Source: Mucisphaera calidilacus
GTDB taxonomy: Bacteria > Planctomycetota > Phycisphaerae > Phycisphaerales > Phycisphaeraceae
Direction: 5' to 3'
DNA: 32,000 nt
Assembly (NCBI RefSeq): GCF_007748075.1
Contig: NZ_CP036280.1
Location: forward strand, 2,760,001-2,792,000
The position numbers and the translations under genes are program-made. The notes below the pieces were generated by a model. The model searched no databases. It was not told where the DNA came from and was given only the letters and a program-made list of their open reading frames with translations. Below are positions 1-7,529 of the stretch, one piece after another (position 1 is the stretch's first letter; each line of letters starts with the position of its first letter).

Positions 1-2022
1 GCGCACTTCACGCTGGTGCTTCAGGGGTTGCTGGTGTTCGGGCACAAGCGGCTGCGGGACACGATCGCGTTGATGACGATCAGCCTGATCCAGGTGATCA
101 TCGCGAGTGTGGTGAGTGTGTCGATGGTGTTCGGGGTGTTGATGCTGTCGTACTGTTTTCTGCTGACCTGGACGCTGAGTCGTCTTCAGGTGGAGTTGGC
201 GTTGGAGCGTCGTCATACGGGTCATGCGTCGCGAGAGGACCTGCCGAGGCTGTCGATGCCGGTGGGTCTTCGGTTGTGGACGGCGGGGGTGGTAGCGGGT
301 TGTCTGGTGGTGGGGCTCATGTTTTTTCTGCTGATCCCGCGTTCGGAGCGTGGCCCGCTGGCGAGTCGGATCCATGCGTCGCTGATGGAGTCGGCAAGCG
401 GCTACAGCGAGCGTGTGGACGTGACGACGTCGCCTGAGTTCCAGGGCAGCGACGAGGCGGTGCTCCGGCTTCGGGTGACGGCGCACGGGGAGTTGTTCCG
501 GGGTGCGGGTCAGGTGTACCTGATGCGTGGGATGGTGTTTGATCAGTACGACGCGGCGTCGCATCAGTGGTTGCGTGGTGTGGATGCGCAGGCGCGTTAC
601 CAGCACGTGGCGTTGAAGATGGGCCAGGCGCAGCTGGCGCGCGTGACCGAGACGGGTGGGATGCTGGAGGGTCAGGTCACGCTGCGTCGTCGCACGCAGG
701 AGGGGTTGTTCACGGTGCTGCCGACGGTCTCGATCTCGAGTCCGAACGTGGCGAAGATCGAGTTCAATCCGCTGGACCAGGTGGTTCGGACGCCTCAGAG
801 CGGGACGCCCGGGGGCGCGTTGACGTACCGGATTCAGTGGCCTTTTTACGGTCGTCTGGACGTGCCGGGTGCATATTTTGATCATCTGGATGCCGGTCCG
901 GGGACGAATCGGCTGATGCGTTTTTCGGAGCGTCAGGCGGACCGTTATGCGCGTGGCTGGCCGGTGGACGAGGATCAGATCCGTGCGTTGGCGTTATCGA
1001 TTCTGGAGCGTCGCGGGTTGACGCGTGATCCGGATCTGCTGCATCACGAGGATGACTGGCAGATCGCCAACGCGTTGGCTTCGGAACTGCGTGACAGGTT
1101 TCGCTACATGCGTTTCAACCCTCGGCCGAAGTCGGGCGTGGACCCGGTGACGCTGTTTCTGACGGGCCACAACACGGGTCATTGCGAATTGTTTGCTTCG
1201 GGGCTGGCGGGGCTGTGTCGTTCGGTGGGGATCCCGGCGCGTCTGGTGGTGGGTTATCGGGTGAGTGAGTACAACGACAGTGGCGCGTACTACGTGGCCC
1301 GCGAGAAGCATGCGCACGCTTGGGTGGAGGTGGCGACCGAGCCGATGTCGGGGTGGCGTCCGCTGGACGGGACGCCGGTGGCGGAGATCGAGGCGTTGCA
1401 CGCGATGGAGAACACGTGGTCGCACCGTCTGCGGTCGTACTATGAGTATCTGGAGTTCACGTGGATCGGCAGCATCGTGGTGTATGACGAGCGTGCGCGT
1501 GACCTGCTGGTGACGTGGGCCCGGAACGTTCCGCTGGCGGCGGCGGACCTGGCTTCGGCGTTTCGCGGGTTGTACGAGCGTCTGTCGACGTGGTTCGCGA
1601 TGATGACGGGTTCGTCACTGACGCTCTGGGCGGGTATCGGTGTGGGGTTGTTCGGCGTGGCGGTGGGTTATCTGGCGCTGGGTCTGCGGCGAGATCAGGC
1701 TTCACTTGAGCGCCTGGGTCTGGACGAGGGGAGTTGGGCGGAGAACCGTGCGCGGATACGCCAGCTGCGTTTTTATCTGCGGATGATCGCGATGCTGGAG
1801 GCGCACGGCTACCGGCGTCCTTCGTGGCAGACGCCTGGGGCGTTCGCGGAGGAGCTGTCGGAGGCGAACCCGCTTCGGTTCGGCCCGGTGATCGCGTTGA
1901 CGGACCTGTTCTACGCGGTGCGTTTTGGGGGGGCGGGTCTGTCGGAGGCGGATGCCTTGCGTGCGGAGGCCCACCTGTCGGCGCTGGCCCAGGGTCTGGC
2001 GGTGCGTGCGTCGCGACACTAG
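1..2022 (+). CDS. Transglutaminase-like (TgpA-type) membrane protein, 5' end cut by window edge
   Basis: Frame 1 is open from nt 1, with no stop before the GTG at 16. The N-terminus has hydrophobic helices. The transglutaminase core context is 'GHCELFASGLAGLCRSVGIPARLVVGY ... HAHAWVEV ... LDGTP' (Cys-His-Asp). A late TM segment is followed by a DUF4129-like tail 'RFYLRMIAMLEAHGYRRPSWQTPGAFAEEL'. Stop TAG at 2020-2022. Confidence 0.8.
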   Translation, partial: AHFTLVLQGLLVFGHKRLRDTIALMTISLIQVIIASVVSVSMVFGVLMLSYCFLLTWTLSRLQVELALERRHTGHASREDLPRLSMPVGLRLWTAGVVAGCLVVGLMFFLLIPRSERGPLASRIHASLMESASGYSERVDVTTSPEFQGSDEAVLRLRVTAHGELFRGAGQVYLMRGMVFDQYDAASHQWLRGVDAQARYQHVALKMGQAQLARVTETGGMLEGQVTLRRRTQEGLFTVLPTVSISSPNVAKIEFNPLDQVVRTPQSGTPGGALTYRIQWPFYGRLDVPGAYFDHLDAGPGTNRLMRFSERQADRYARGWPVDEDQIRALALSILERRGLTRDPDLLHHEDDWQIANALASELRDRFRYMRFNPRPKSGVDPVTLFLTGHNTGHCELFASGLAGLCRSVGIPARLVVGYRVSEYNDSGAYYVAREKHAHAWVEVATEPMSGWRPLDGTPVAEIEALHAMENTWSHRLRSYYEYLEFTWIGSIVVYDERARDLLVTWARNVPLAAADLASAFRGLYERLSTWFAMMTGSSLTLWAGIGVGLFGVAVGYLALGLRRDQASLERLGLDEGSWAENRARIRQLRFYLRMIAMLEAHGYRRPSWQTPGAFAEELSEANPLRFGPVIALTDLFYAVRFGGAGLSEADALRAEAHLSALAQGLAVRASRH

Positions 2023-2081
2023 ACGTCCGGAGAATCGTTGTCTGCTAGTCTGGTGGTGAAGCCGAACGCAGCGAGAGCACC

Positions 2082-2837
2082 ATGAGCGTAATACCCGAGT
2101 TATCGATCGTGATCCCTGCCCTGGACGAGGAGGGGAACGTCGGTCCGTTGATTGACGAGGTGGCGTCACGGGTGCGTGATGAGGGTGTGGAGGCGGAGCT
2201 GATCATCGTGGACGACGGTTCGTCGGACCGGACGCTGGCGGTGTTGCGCGAGCGTCAGGCGACGACGCCCTGGCTGCGTGTGCTGCATCGGGACGAGCCT
2301 CGGGGTCAGTCGGCGGCGATGGCGGCGGGGATTGCTGCGGCGCGGGGCGCGTACGTGGCGACGCTTGACGCGGATCTCCAGAACGACCCGGGTGACCTGC
2401 CGGTGATGCTGCGGAAGGCGAAGGAAGAGAACATCGACCTGGTGCAGGGGGATCGCTCGGCGAATCGTCAGGATCACGCGATCCGCCGGTGGTCGAGCGC
2501 GGTCGGCCGTTATGCACGGGGGTTGCTGGTGGGCGATCACACGCGGGACACGGGGTGTTCGGCGCGGGTGATGCGTGCTGCGTATGCGAAGCAGATCCCG
2601 CTTCAGTATCGGGGGATGCACCGGTTCATTCCGGCGACGGTGCGGTTGCTGGGCGGGACGATCGCGGAGGTTCGTGTGTCGCACCGGGCGCGTCACTCGG
2701 GGACGACGAAGTACGGGTTGGGCCTGCTGAATCGGGGTTTTGCGGGTTTCTTCGACTGCCTGGCGGTCCGGTGGATGAGCAACCGGGTCCGTGACACGTC
2801 GGTCGAGGAGGTGCGTGCTGAAGGGGAGGGTGCGTGA
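2082..2837 (+). CDS. Family 2 glycosyltransferase, polyprenol-phosphate sugar transferase (DPM1/GtrB/ArnC-like)
   Basis: ATG at 2082. GT2 motifs 'LSIVIPALDEEGNV', 'IIVDDGSSDRT' and 'DADLQNDP'. The 251 aa size is typical of the soluble or amphipathic polyprenol-P glycosyltransferase type. Confidence 0.85.
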   Translation: MSVIPELSIVIPALDEEGNVGPLIDEVASRVRDEGVEAELIIVDDGSSDRTLAVLRERQATTPWLRVLHRDEPRGQSAAMAAGIAAARGAYVATLDADLQNDPGDLPVMLRKAKEENIDLVQGDRSANRQDHAIRRWSSAVGRYARGLLVGDHTRDTGCSARVMRAAYAKQIPLQYRGMHRFIPATVRLLGGTIAEVRVSHRARHSGTTKYGLGLLNRGFAGFFDCLAVRWMSNRVRDTSVEEVRAEGEGA

Positions 2838-3469
2838 TGAAGTCGTCGAAGAGCGTGGCTCGTCAGCGGTGGCTGATGGCGTGGGCGGTGGTGATGCTGG
2901 CGAGCCTGTCGCTGCTGGTGGTGAGCAAGTACGGGATCCGGGTGACGGGCAAGGGCTTTGAGTTTTCCGACCGGATCATCGACCTGCACATTGTGGACGA
3001 GGGTTCGGGCCCGATGATCGTTCTGCGGAAGGCGGGCGAGCGTCAGGAGATCTCGCCTCAGGAGTTCATCGCGGAGGTGCATCACCAGCAGGCGCAGCGG
3101 ACGGAGCGTGGGTTCCTGTACAAGCTGCTGGACATCACGTCGTGGACGGGCATGTTGTGGGTGGGCTTCGGGTTGTTGGCGCAGTGTCTGTTCATGAGCC
3201 GGATGATCGTGCAGTGGCTGACGTCGGAGCGTGCGGGCAAGTCGGTGGTGCCTGAGTCGTTCTGGTGGCTGAGTCTGATCGGTTCGTCGATGCTGATGAT
3301 TTACTTCACGTGGCGTATCGAGATCGTGGGGTTCATCGGTCAGTCGACGGGCTGGCTGGTGTATGCGCGGAATCTGTGGCTGCTGGGGCGTGAGGACGCC
3401 GTGGTCCCGGACGAGCCTGTGGCTGAGGGTGAGGTGGCTGAGGTGAACGAAGCGAAGGATCATGGCTGA
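2837..3469 (+). CDS. Membrane protein with C-terminal lipid-A-biosynthesis N-terminal (LAB_N) domain
   Basis: 'GFGLLAQCLFMSRMIVQWLTSERAGKSVVPESFWWLSLIGSSMLMIYFTWR' matches the LAB_N pattern as I recall it. The ATG at 2837 overlaps the GT2 stop (TGATG); the GTG at 2834 is an alternative start. The purine-rich 'aaggggaggg' at 2821-2830 may be an RBS. The N-terminal ~110 aa (one TM plus a soluble part) are unassigned. Confidence 0.7.
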   Translation: MKSSKSVARQRWLMAWAVVMLASLSLLVVSKYGIRVTGKGFEFSDRIIDLHIVDEGSGPMIVLRKAGERQEISPQEFIAEVHHQQAQRTERGFLYKLLDITSWTGMLWVGFGLLAQCLFMSRMIVQWLTSERAGKSVVPESFWWLSLIGSSMLMIYFTWRIEIVGFIGQSTGWLVYARNLWLLGREDAVVPDEPVAEGEVAEVNEAKDHG

Positions 3470-4520
3470 CGCGCTGCGAGCGATCGATGCGAACGCGAAT
3501 CGTGCGGGCGAGGCGCTGCGTACGCTCGAGGACCTGGCGCGTTTCCTGCTGGACGACCGCGTGTTGGCGAGCGAGGCGAAGGGGTTGCGGCACGAGCTGC
3601 GGGCTTTGCTGGAGCCGTTGCCTGAGCTGATCTGGCATCGTGATACGGAGGGTGACGTGGGGACCTCGGTATCGACGGCGGCGGAAATGGAGCGTGCGGA
3701 CGATGCGGGTCTGGCGGAGGCGGCGGGCCATCGGGCGGCGGAGGCGTTGCGGGTGATCGAGGAGCTGAGCAAGACGCTTGCGGGTCGTGCGGGTTGCGGG
3801 GCGATGGCGGGGCGTGCGGAGGCGCTGCGTTACCGGGTCTACACGCTGCATCAGCGGGTGGTGGAGCGTCTGGGTTGCGGGCGTCGGCGGCAGTGGCGTT
3901 TGTGCCTGCTGCTGACGGAGTCGGCGTGTCGTCGGCGTTGGGAGGAGGTCCTCGAGGGTGCGCTGGCGGGTGGGGTGGATTGTGTGCAGGTGCGTGAGAA
4001 GGCGATGGGCGGCGCGGCGTTGCTGGAGCGGGTGCGGGCGGTGATCGGCGTGTGTCGGCCAAGGGAGGTGTCGGTGATCGTGAATGACCGTCTGGAGGTG
4101 GCGTTGGCTGCGGGTGCGGACGGCGTGCATCTGGGGCAGGAGGATCTGCCCCTGGGTGCGGCACGGCAGATCGTGGGTCAGGGGCTGATGGTTGGGATCA
4201 GCACGACGAACCTTGAGCAGGCGGGTGCTGCGGTGGCGGGCGGAGCGGACTACGTGGGGCTGGGTCCGATGTATGAATCGACGACGAAAGCGAAGCCGAC
4301 GATCGCGGGACCGGCGTATCTGAGGGCCTATGTGAGGCGGCACGGGCTGGCGCATCTGGCGATCGGCGGGGTCACGGCGGCGCGGATGCCTGAGCTGTTG
4401 GCGGCGGGTGTGCGTGGGGTGGCGGTGTGTGCGGAGGTGGCGGGTGCGGAGGACCCGGAGGCGGCTGCGCGGGGGTTGGTGGCCTGTTTTTCGGCAGGGG
4501 GTGACTCGGCGTCGGGATGA
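3462..4520 (+). CDS. thiE: Thiamine-phosphate synthase (ThiE) with ~150 aa N-terminal extension
   Basis: The C-terminal ~200 aa show the TMP-TENI pattern: 'LCLLLT', 'GGVDCVQVREK', 'VIVNDRLEVALAAGADGVHLGQEDLP', 'GISTTN', 'GADYVGLGPMYESTTK', 'AIGGV'. The ATG at 3462 overlaps the preceding gene by 8 nt. Stop TGA at 4518-4520. Confidence 0.8.
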   Translation: MADALRAIDANANRAGEALRTLEDLARFLLDDRVLASEAKGLRHELRALLEPLPELIWHRDTEGDVGTSVSTAAEMERADDAGLAEAAGHRAAEALRVIEELSKTLAGRAGCGAMAGRAEALRYRVYTLHQRVVERLGCGRRRQWRLCLLLTESACRRRWEEVLEGALAGGVDCVQVREKAMGGAALLERVRAVIGVCRPREVSVIVNDRLEVALAAGADGVHLGQEDLPLGAARQIVGQGLMVGISTTNLEQAGAAVAGGADYVGLGPMYESTTKAKPTIAGPAYLRAYVRRHGLAHLAIGGVTAARMPELLAAGVRGVAVCAEVAGAEDPEAAARGLVACFSAGGDSASG

Positions 4521-4526
4521 GAATAG

Positions 4527-4543
4527 TATCTCAGTATGAGATA
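4527..4543. promoter_or_regulatory. Perfect AT-rich 7-3-7 palindrome TATCTCA-gta-TGAGATA overlapping the znuA start codon; candidate metalloregulator (Zur-type) operator or start-codon hairpin
   Basis: Read directly: 4527-4533 TATCTCA, 4534-4536 gta, 4537-4543 TGAGATA. The ATG of znuA is 4536-4538. It sits in the 15-nt thiE-znuA gap and is strikingly AT-rich against the GC-rich background. Confidence 0.35.
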
Positions 4544-5426
4544 TCTCCTTCTGCTGCTGGTCGTGGCTGGTGGTGTTGTGGGTTGTTCGGGTGAGGCTTC
4601 GGAGCCGGAGGGGCCGCTGCGTGTCGCGACGAGTCTTCCGCCTCACGGGTGGCTGATCGAGCGTGTCGCGGGCGAGGGTGTGGAGGTGGTGGTGACTCTG
4701 CCTGGCGGCTCGAGTCCTGCGACGTACCAGCCGACGGATCGTCAGGTGAGTGCGTTGATGCGTTGCGGGTTGTATTTCCGTGCGGGCGTGCCCTTTGAGC
4801 GTGGGGGTTGGTTTCAGGCGATCCAGATGGGGAGCGGGCTGGATGTGGTGGACCTTCGGGATGGGATCGTGTTGCGGGCGATGGGCGATCACGGGCATCA
4901 CGACCACGAGGGACATGAAGGGCATGACCACGGGGCTGATGACCCGCACACGTGGTTGTCGCCTGCCAATCTGATCGTGCAGGCGGAGCGGATTCGGGAT
5001 GAGCTTGCGGGGATGGATCCTGCGGGTGCGGAGGGGTATCGGCAGCGGTGTTCCGTGCTGACGGCGGAGTTGCGGGCGCTGGATTCGGAGTTGGCCGCGA
5101 TGCTGGAGCCGGTGCGTGGGCGGTCGTTCTTCGTGTTCCATCCGTCGTGGGGGTACTTCGCGGATCGGTACGGGCTGGAGCAGGTAGCGATTGAGATCGG
5201 GGGCAAGGATCCGACGGACCGTGAGCTGACGGAGTTGCAGCAGCTGGCGCGGTCGAAGGGGATCGGTGTGGTTTATGTTCAGCCGCAGATCTCGGGCCGG
5301 AGTGCGGAGGCGGTGGCGTCGGCGATCGGCGGCGAGGTGGCGGTTCTGGACCCTCTGGTGCCGGAGGTGGTGGCGAATCTGAGGTCGGTGGCGACGGCGC
5401 TGACCGAGGGTTTGAAGAACGAGTAG
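4536..5426 (+). CDS. znuA: Metal (probably zinc) ABC transporter substrate-binding lipoprotein, ZnuA/TroA family
   Basis: Lipoprotein signal 'LLLLLVVAGGVVGCSG'. Cluster-9 SBP pattern 'HTWLSP', 'FVFHPSWGYFADRYGL'. His/Asp-rich loop 'GDHGHHDHEGHEGHDHGADDPH' (nt 4884-4949) is typical of Zn-specific ZnuA. Confidence 0.85.
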   Translation: MRYLLLLLVVAGGVVGCSGEASEPEGPLRVATSLPPHGWLIERVAGEGVEVVVTLPGGSSPATYQPTDRQVSALMRCGLYFRAGVPFERGGWFQAIQMGSGLDVVDLRDGIVLRAMGDHGHHDHEGHEGHDHGADDPHTWLSPANLIVQAERIRDELAGMDPAGAEGYRQRCSVLTAELRALDSELAAMLEPVRGRSFFVFHPSWGYFADRYGLEQVAIEIGGKDPTDRELTELQQLARSKGIGVVYVQPQISGRSAEAVASAIGGEVAVLDPLVPEVVANLRSVATALTEGLKNE

Positions 5427-5435
5427 GCTGGGTGC

Positions 5436-6263
5436 ATGGCAGCGTCGTCTGAACCCGTGATTGACGTTCGAGGCGTGACGTTTCGTTATGCGCATCGTGC
5501 GGACGACCGGCCGATTCTGGACGACGTGAGTCTGACGATCGCGGAGGGTGATTTTCTGGGGATCATCGGGCCGAACGGCGGTGGCAAGACGACGCTGTTG
5601 AAGCTGATGCTGGGTTTTCTGGAGCCGGACGCGGGCGAGGTTCGGGTGTTCGGTGTCGCGCCTGAGCGTGGGCGGGGGTGGATCGGTTACGTGCCGCAGC
5701 ACGCGACGATTGACCCTGCGGCGCCGGCGTCGGTGCTGGACGTGGTGCTCATGGGGTGCCTGGGCCATTCGCGTTGGGGGGTGTGGTACGGGCGTTCGGA
5801 GCGTGATCGTGCGATGTCGGCTCTGGAGCGGACGGGCTGTGCGTCGCTGGCGCACCGGCCGATCAACGCGTTGTCGGGTGGTCAGAAGCAGCGTGTGCTG
5901 ATTGCGCGGGCGCTGGTGGCGGAGGCGCGGGTGCTGCTGCTGGACGAGCCGACGACGGGTGTGGACCCTTATGCGCAGCAGGGGCTGACGGAGTTGTTGC
6001 ACGAGCTGCATGCGCGGATCCCGATCGTGATGGTGAGTCACGACATCTCGTTCGTGACGCAGCACCTGAACCGTGTGGCGTGTCTGAACGGGCGGATGAG
6101 CGTGCACGGGATTGATGAGTTGTCGCACGATCAGATCGAGCGGACGTACGCGGGTCCGGTGATGGTGTTGCACCATCACGAGGAGGATTGTCCGATCCAT
6201 GCGCACGGCCACGGTCATCATGACGCTTCGGGGGGGTCAGAGAACGGAGCCGAGCAGGATTGA
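5436..6263 (+). CDS. znuC: Metal ABC transporter ATP-binding protein with His-rich C-terminal tail
   Basis: Walker A 'GPNGGGKTT', signature 'LSGGQKQR', Walker B 'LLLDEP'. Tail 'HHHEEDCPIHAHGHGHHD'. Stop TGA at 6261-6263. Confidence 0.9.
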   Translation: MAASSEPVIDVRGVTFRYAHRADDRPILDDVSLTIAEGDFLGIIGPNGGGKTTLLKLMLGFLEPDAGEVRVFGVAPERGRGWIGYVPQHATIDPAAPASVLDVVLMGCLGHSRWGVWYGRSERDRAMSALERTGCASLAHRPINALSGGQKQRVLIARALVAEARVLLLDEPTTGVDPYAQQGLTELLHELHARIPIVMVSHDISFVTQHLNRVACLNGRMSVHGIDELSHDQIERTYAGPVMVLHHHEEDCPIHAHGHGHHDASGGSENGAEQD

Positions 6264-7120
6264 TGGGCTTTTTCGCGGACATCCAGCACAACAGTTTCCT
6301 GGTGACGGGCCTGCTGGCGGGCGTGCTGGCGAGCGTGGCGACGGGCGTGATCGGGCCGTTCGTGATCACGCGTCGGATTGTTTTTCTGAGTGGTGCGATT
6401 GCGCACATGGCGCTCGCGGGGATCGGGGGCGTGATTTTCCTGCGGCACCTGTTCCCGGAGGCGCTGGTGTGGCTGAGTCCGCTGCACGGCGCGGTGGTGG
6501 TGGCGTTGGGTGCGGCGGTTTTGCTGGGGGTGGTGCACGAGCGTGTGGCGGAGCGGATGGACACGCTGATCGGGGCGATGTGGGCGGTGGGGATGGCGTT
6601 GGGTCTGATGCTGATCAAGTTCACGCCGGGGTATCACACGGAGCTGATGAGTTACCTGTTCGGGAACATCGTGTATGTGACGTGGTCGGACGTGGGTCTG
6701 ATCGCGGTGCTGGACGGGGTGATCCTGCTGGTGACGGCGCTGTATTACAAGCAGATTCTGGCGGTGTGCGTGGATGCGCAGCAGGCGGAGCTGCGTGGTG
6801 TGCCGGTGTTGCGGACACAGATCATTCTGCTCTGCCTGGTGGCGTTGACGGTGATCACGCTGATCCAGATCGTGGGTTTGATTCTGGTGCTGGCGTTGCT
6901 GACGCTGCCGGCGGCGACGGCGGCGCACCGTCTGCATCGTTTGTCGGCGATCATCCCGGCGGCGACGGTGATCGGTCTGGTGGTGACGACGGTTCCGCGT
7001 GTGGCGGTGTACGACCTGACGGTGAACGGTGCGTCGATCAGCCCGGAGCCCGCGATCGTTCTTTCGGCGGCGGGGTTGTATCTGTTGTCGGTGGTGCTGC
7101 GTCGCGTGGGTGTGGGTTGA
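6263..7120 (+). CDS. znuB: Metal ABC transporter permease (ABC-3 family)
   Basis: Polytopic membrane protein of ZnuB/MntB size and hydrophobicity pattern. The ATG at 6263 overlaps the znuC stop (TGATG); the track's TTG at 6260 is an alternative. Gene order is A-C-B. Confidence 0.85.
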   Translation: MGFFADIQHNSFLVTGLLAGVLASVATGVIGPFVITRRIVFLSGAIAHMALAGIGGVIFLRHLFPEALVWLSPLHGAVVVALGAAVLLGVVHERVAERMDTLIGAMWAVGMALGLMLIKFTPGYHTELMSYLFGNIVYVTWSDVGLIAVLDGVILLVTALYYKQILAVCVDAQQAELRGVPVLRTQIILLCLVALTVITLIQIVGLILVLALLTLPAATAAHRLHRLSAIIPAATVIGLVVTTVPRVAVYDLTVNGASISPEPAIVLSAAGLYLLSVVLRRVGVG

Positions 7121-7504
7121 TCAGCCGCATTTTTCGCGGAGTCGTTCGCCGCATTCGGGGCACAATTCGTTGACAACGCGTTTGCGGAGGTCGGCGCCGC
7201 AGTGGGGGCACTCCTTGGGTGCGCTGAGGAGCGATCCGAAGGTATCCATAAAGGAGGGTCCGCCGGCGGGGCCGAGTGCGAGGACGATCATCATGGCGAT
7301 GAAGAGGAGGAACTGACCGGCGATCGCGGCGCCAAACCAGACGAGTACTCCCGGAGGGAGATAGAGGAAATAGGCGTAGAAGGATGCGACGGAGACGCCT
7401 GCGCTGGCAAGGGCCCAGGCCCAGCTGTTGTCGAGTTTTTCGAGGTCGGCGAGTCGCCAGAAGATGAGGGTGAAGGCGACGAGGAGTGTGAGCGGAATGA
7501 CCAT
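7121..7504 (-). CDS. Small membrane protein (about 3 TM) with C-terminal CxxC...CxxC zinc ribbon, function unknown
   Basis: Internal ATG at 7504 gives 'MVIPLTLLVAFTLIFW...'. The P/R/T-rich upstream part of the track ORF looks non-coding. C-terminus is 'CPHCGADLRKRVVNELCPECGERL'. It begins 25 nt downstream of the PpiD-like stop. Confidence 0.6.
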   Translation of the reverse strand: MVIPLTLLVAFTLIFWRLADLEKLDNSWAWALASAGVSVASFYAYFLYLPPGVLVWFGAAIAGQFLLFIAMMIVLALGPAGGPSFMDTFGSLLSAPKECPHCGADLRKRVVNELCPECGERLREKCG

Positions 7505-7529
7505 GTCGTGTCCCCAGAATGGGTGCTGA

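Noticed and set aside
3333-6221. A 962-aa minus-strand ORF antisense to thiE, znuA and znuC
   Set aside because: Same mechanism: thiE 3462, znuA 4536 and znuC 5436 are all congruent to 0 mod 3, and the antisense ORF shares their triplets. It has R/H/P/Q-rich composition and no motifs, and the sense genes are well supported.
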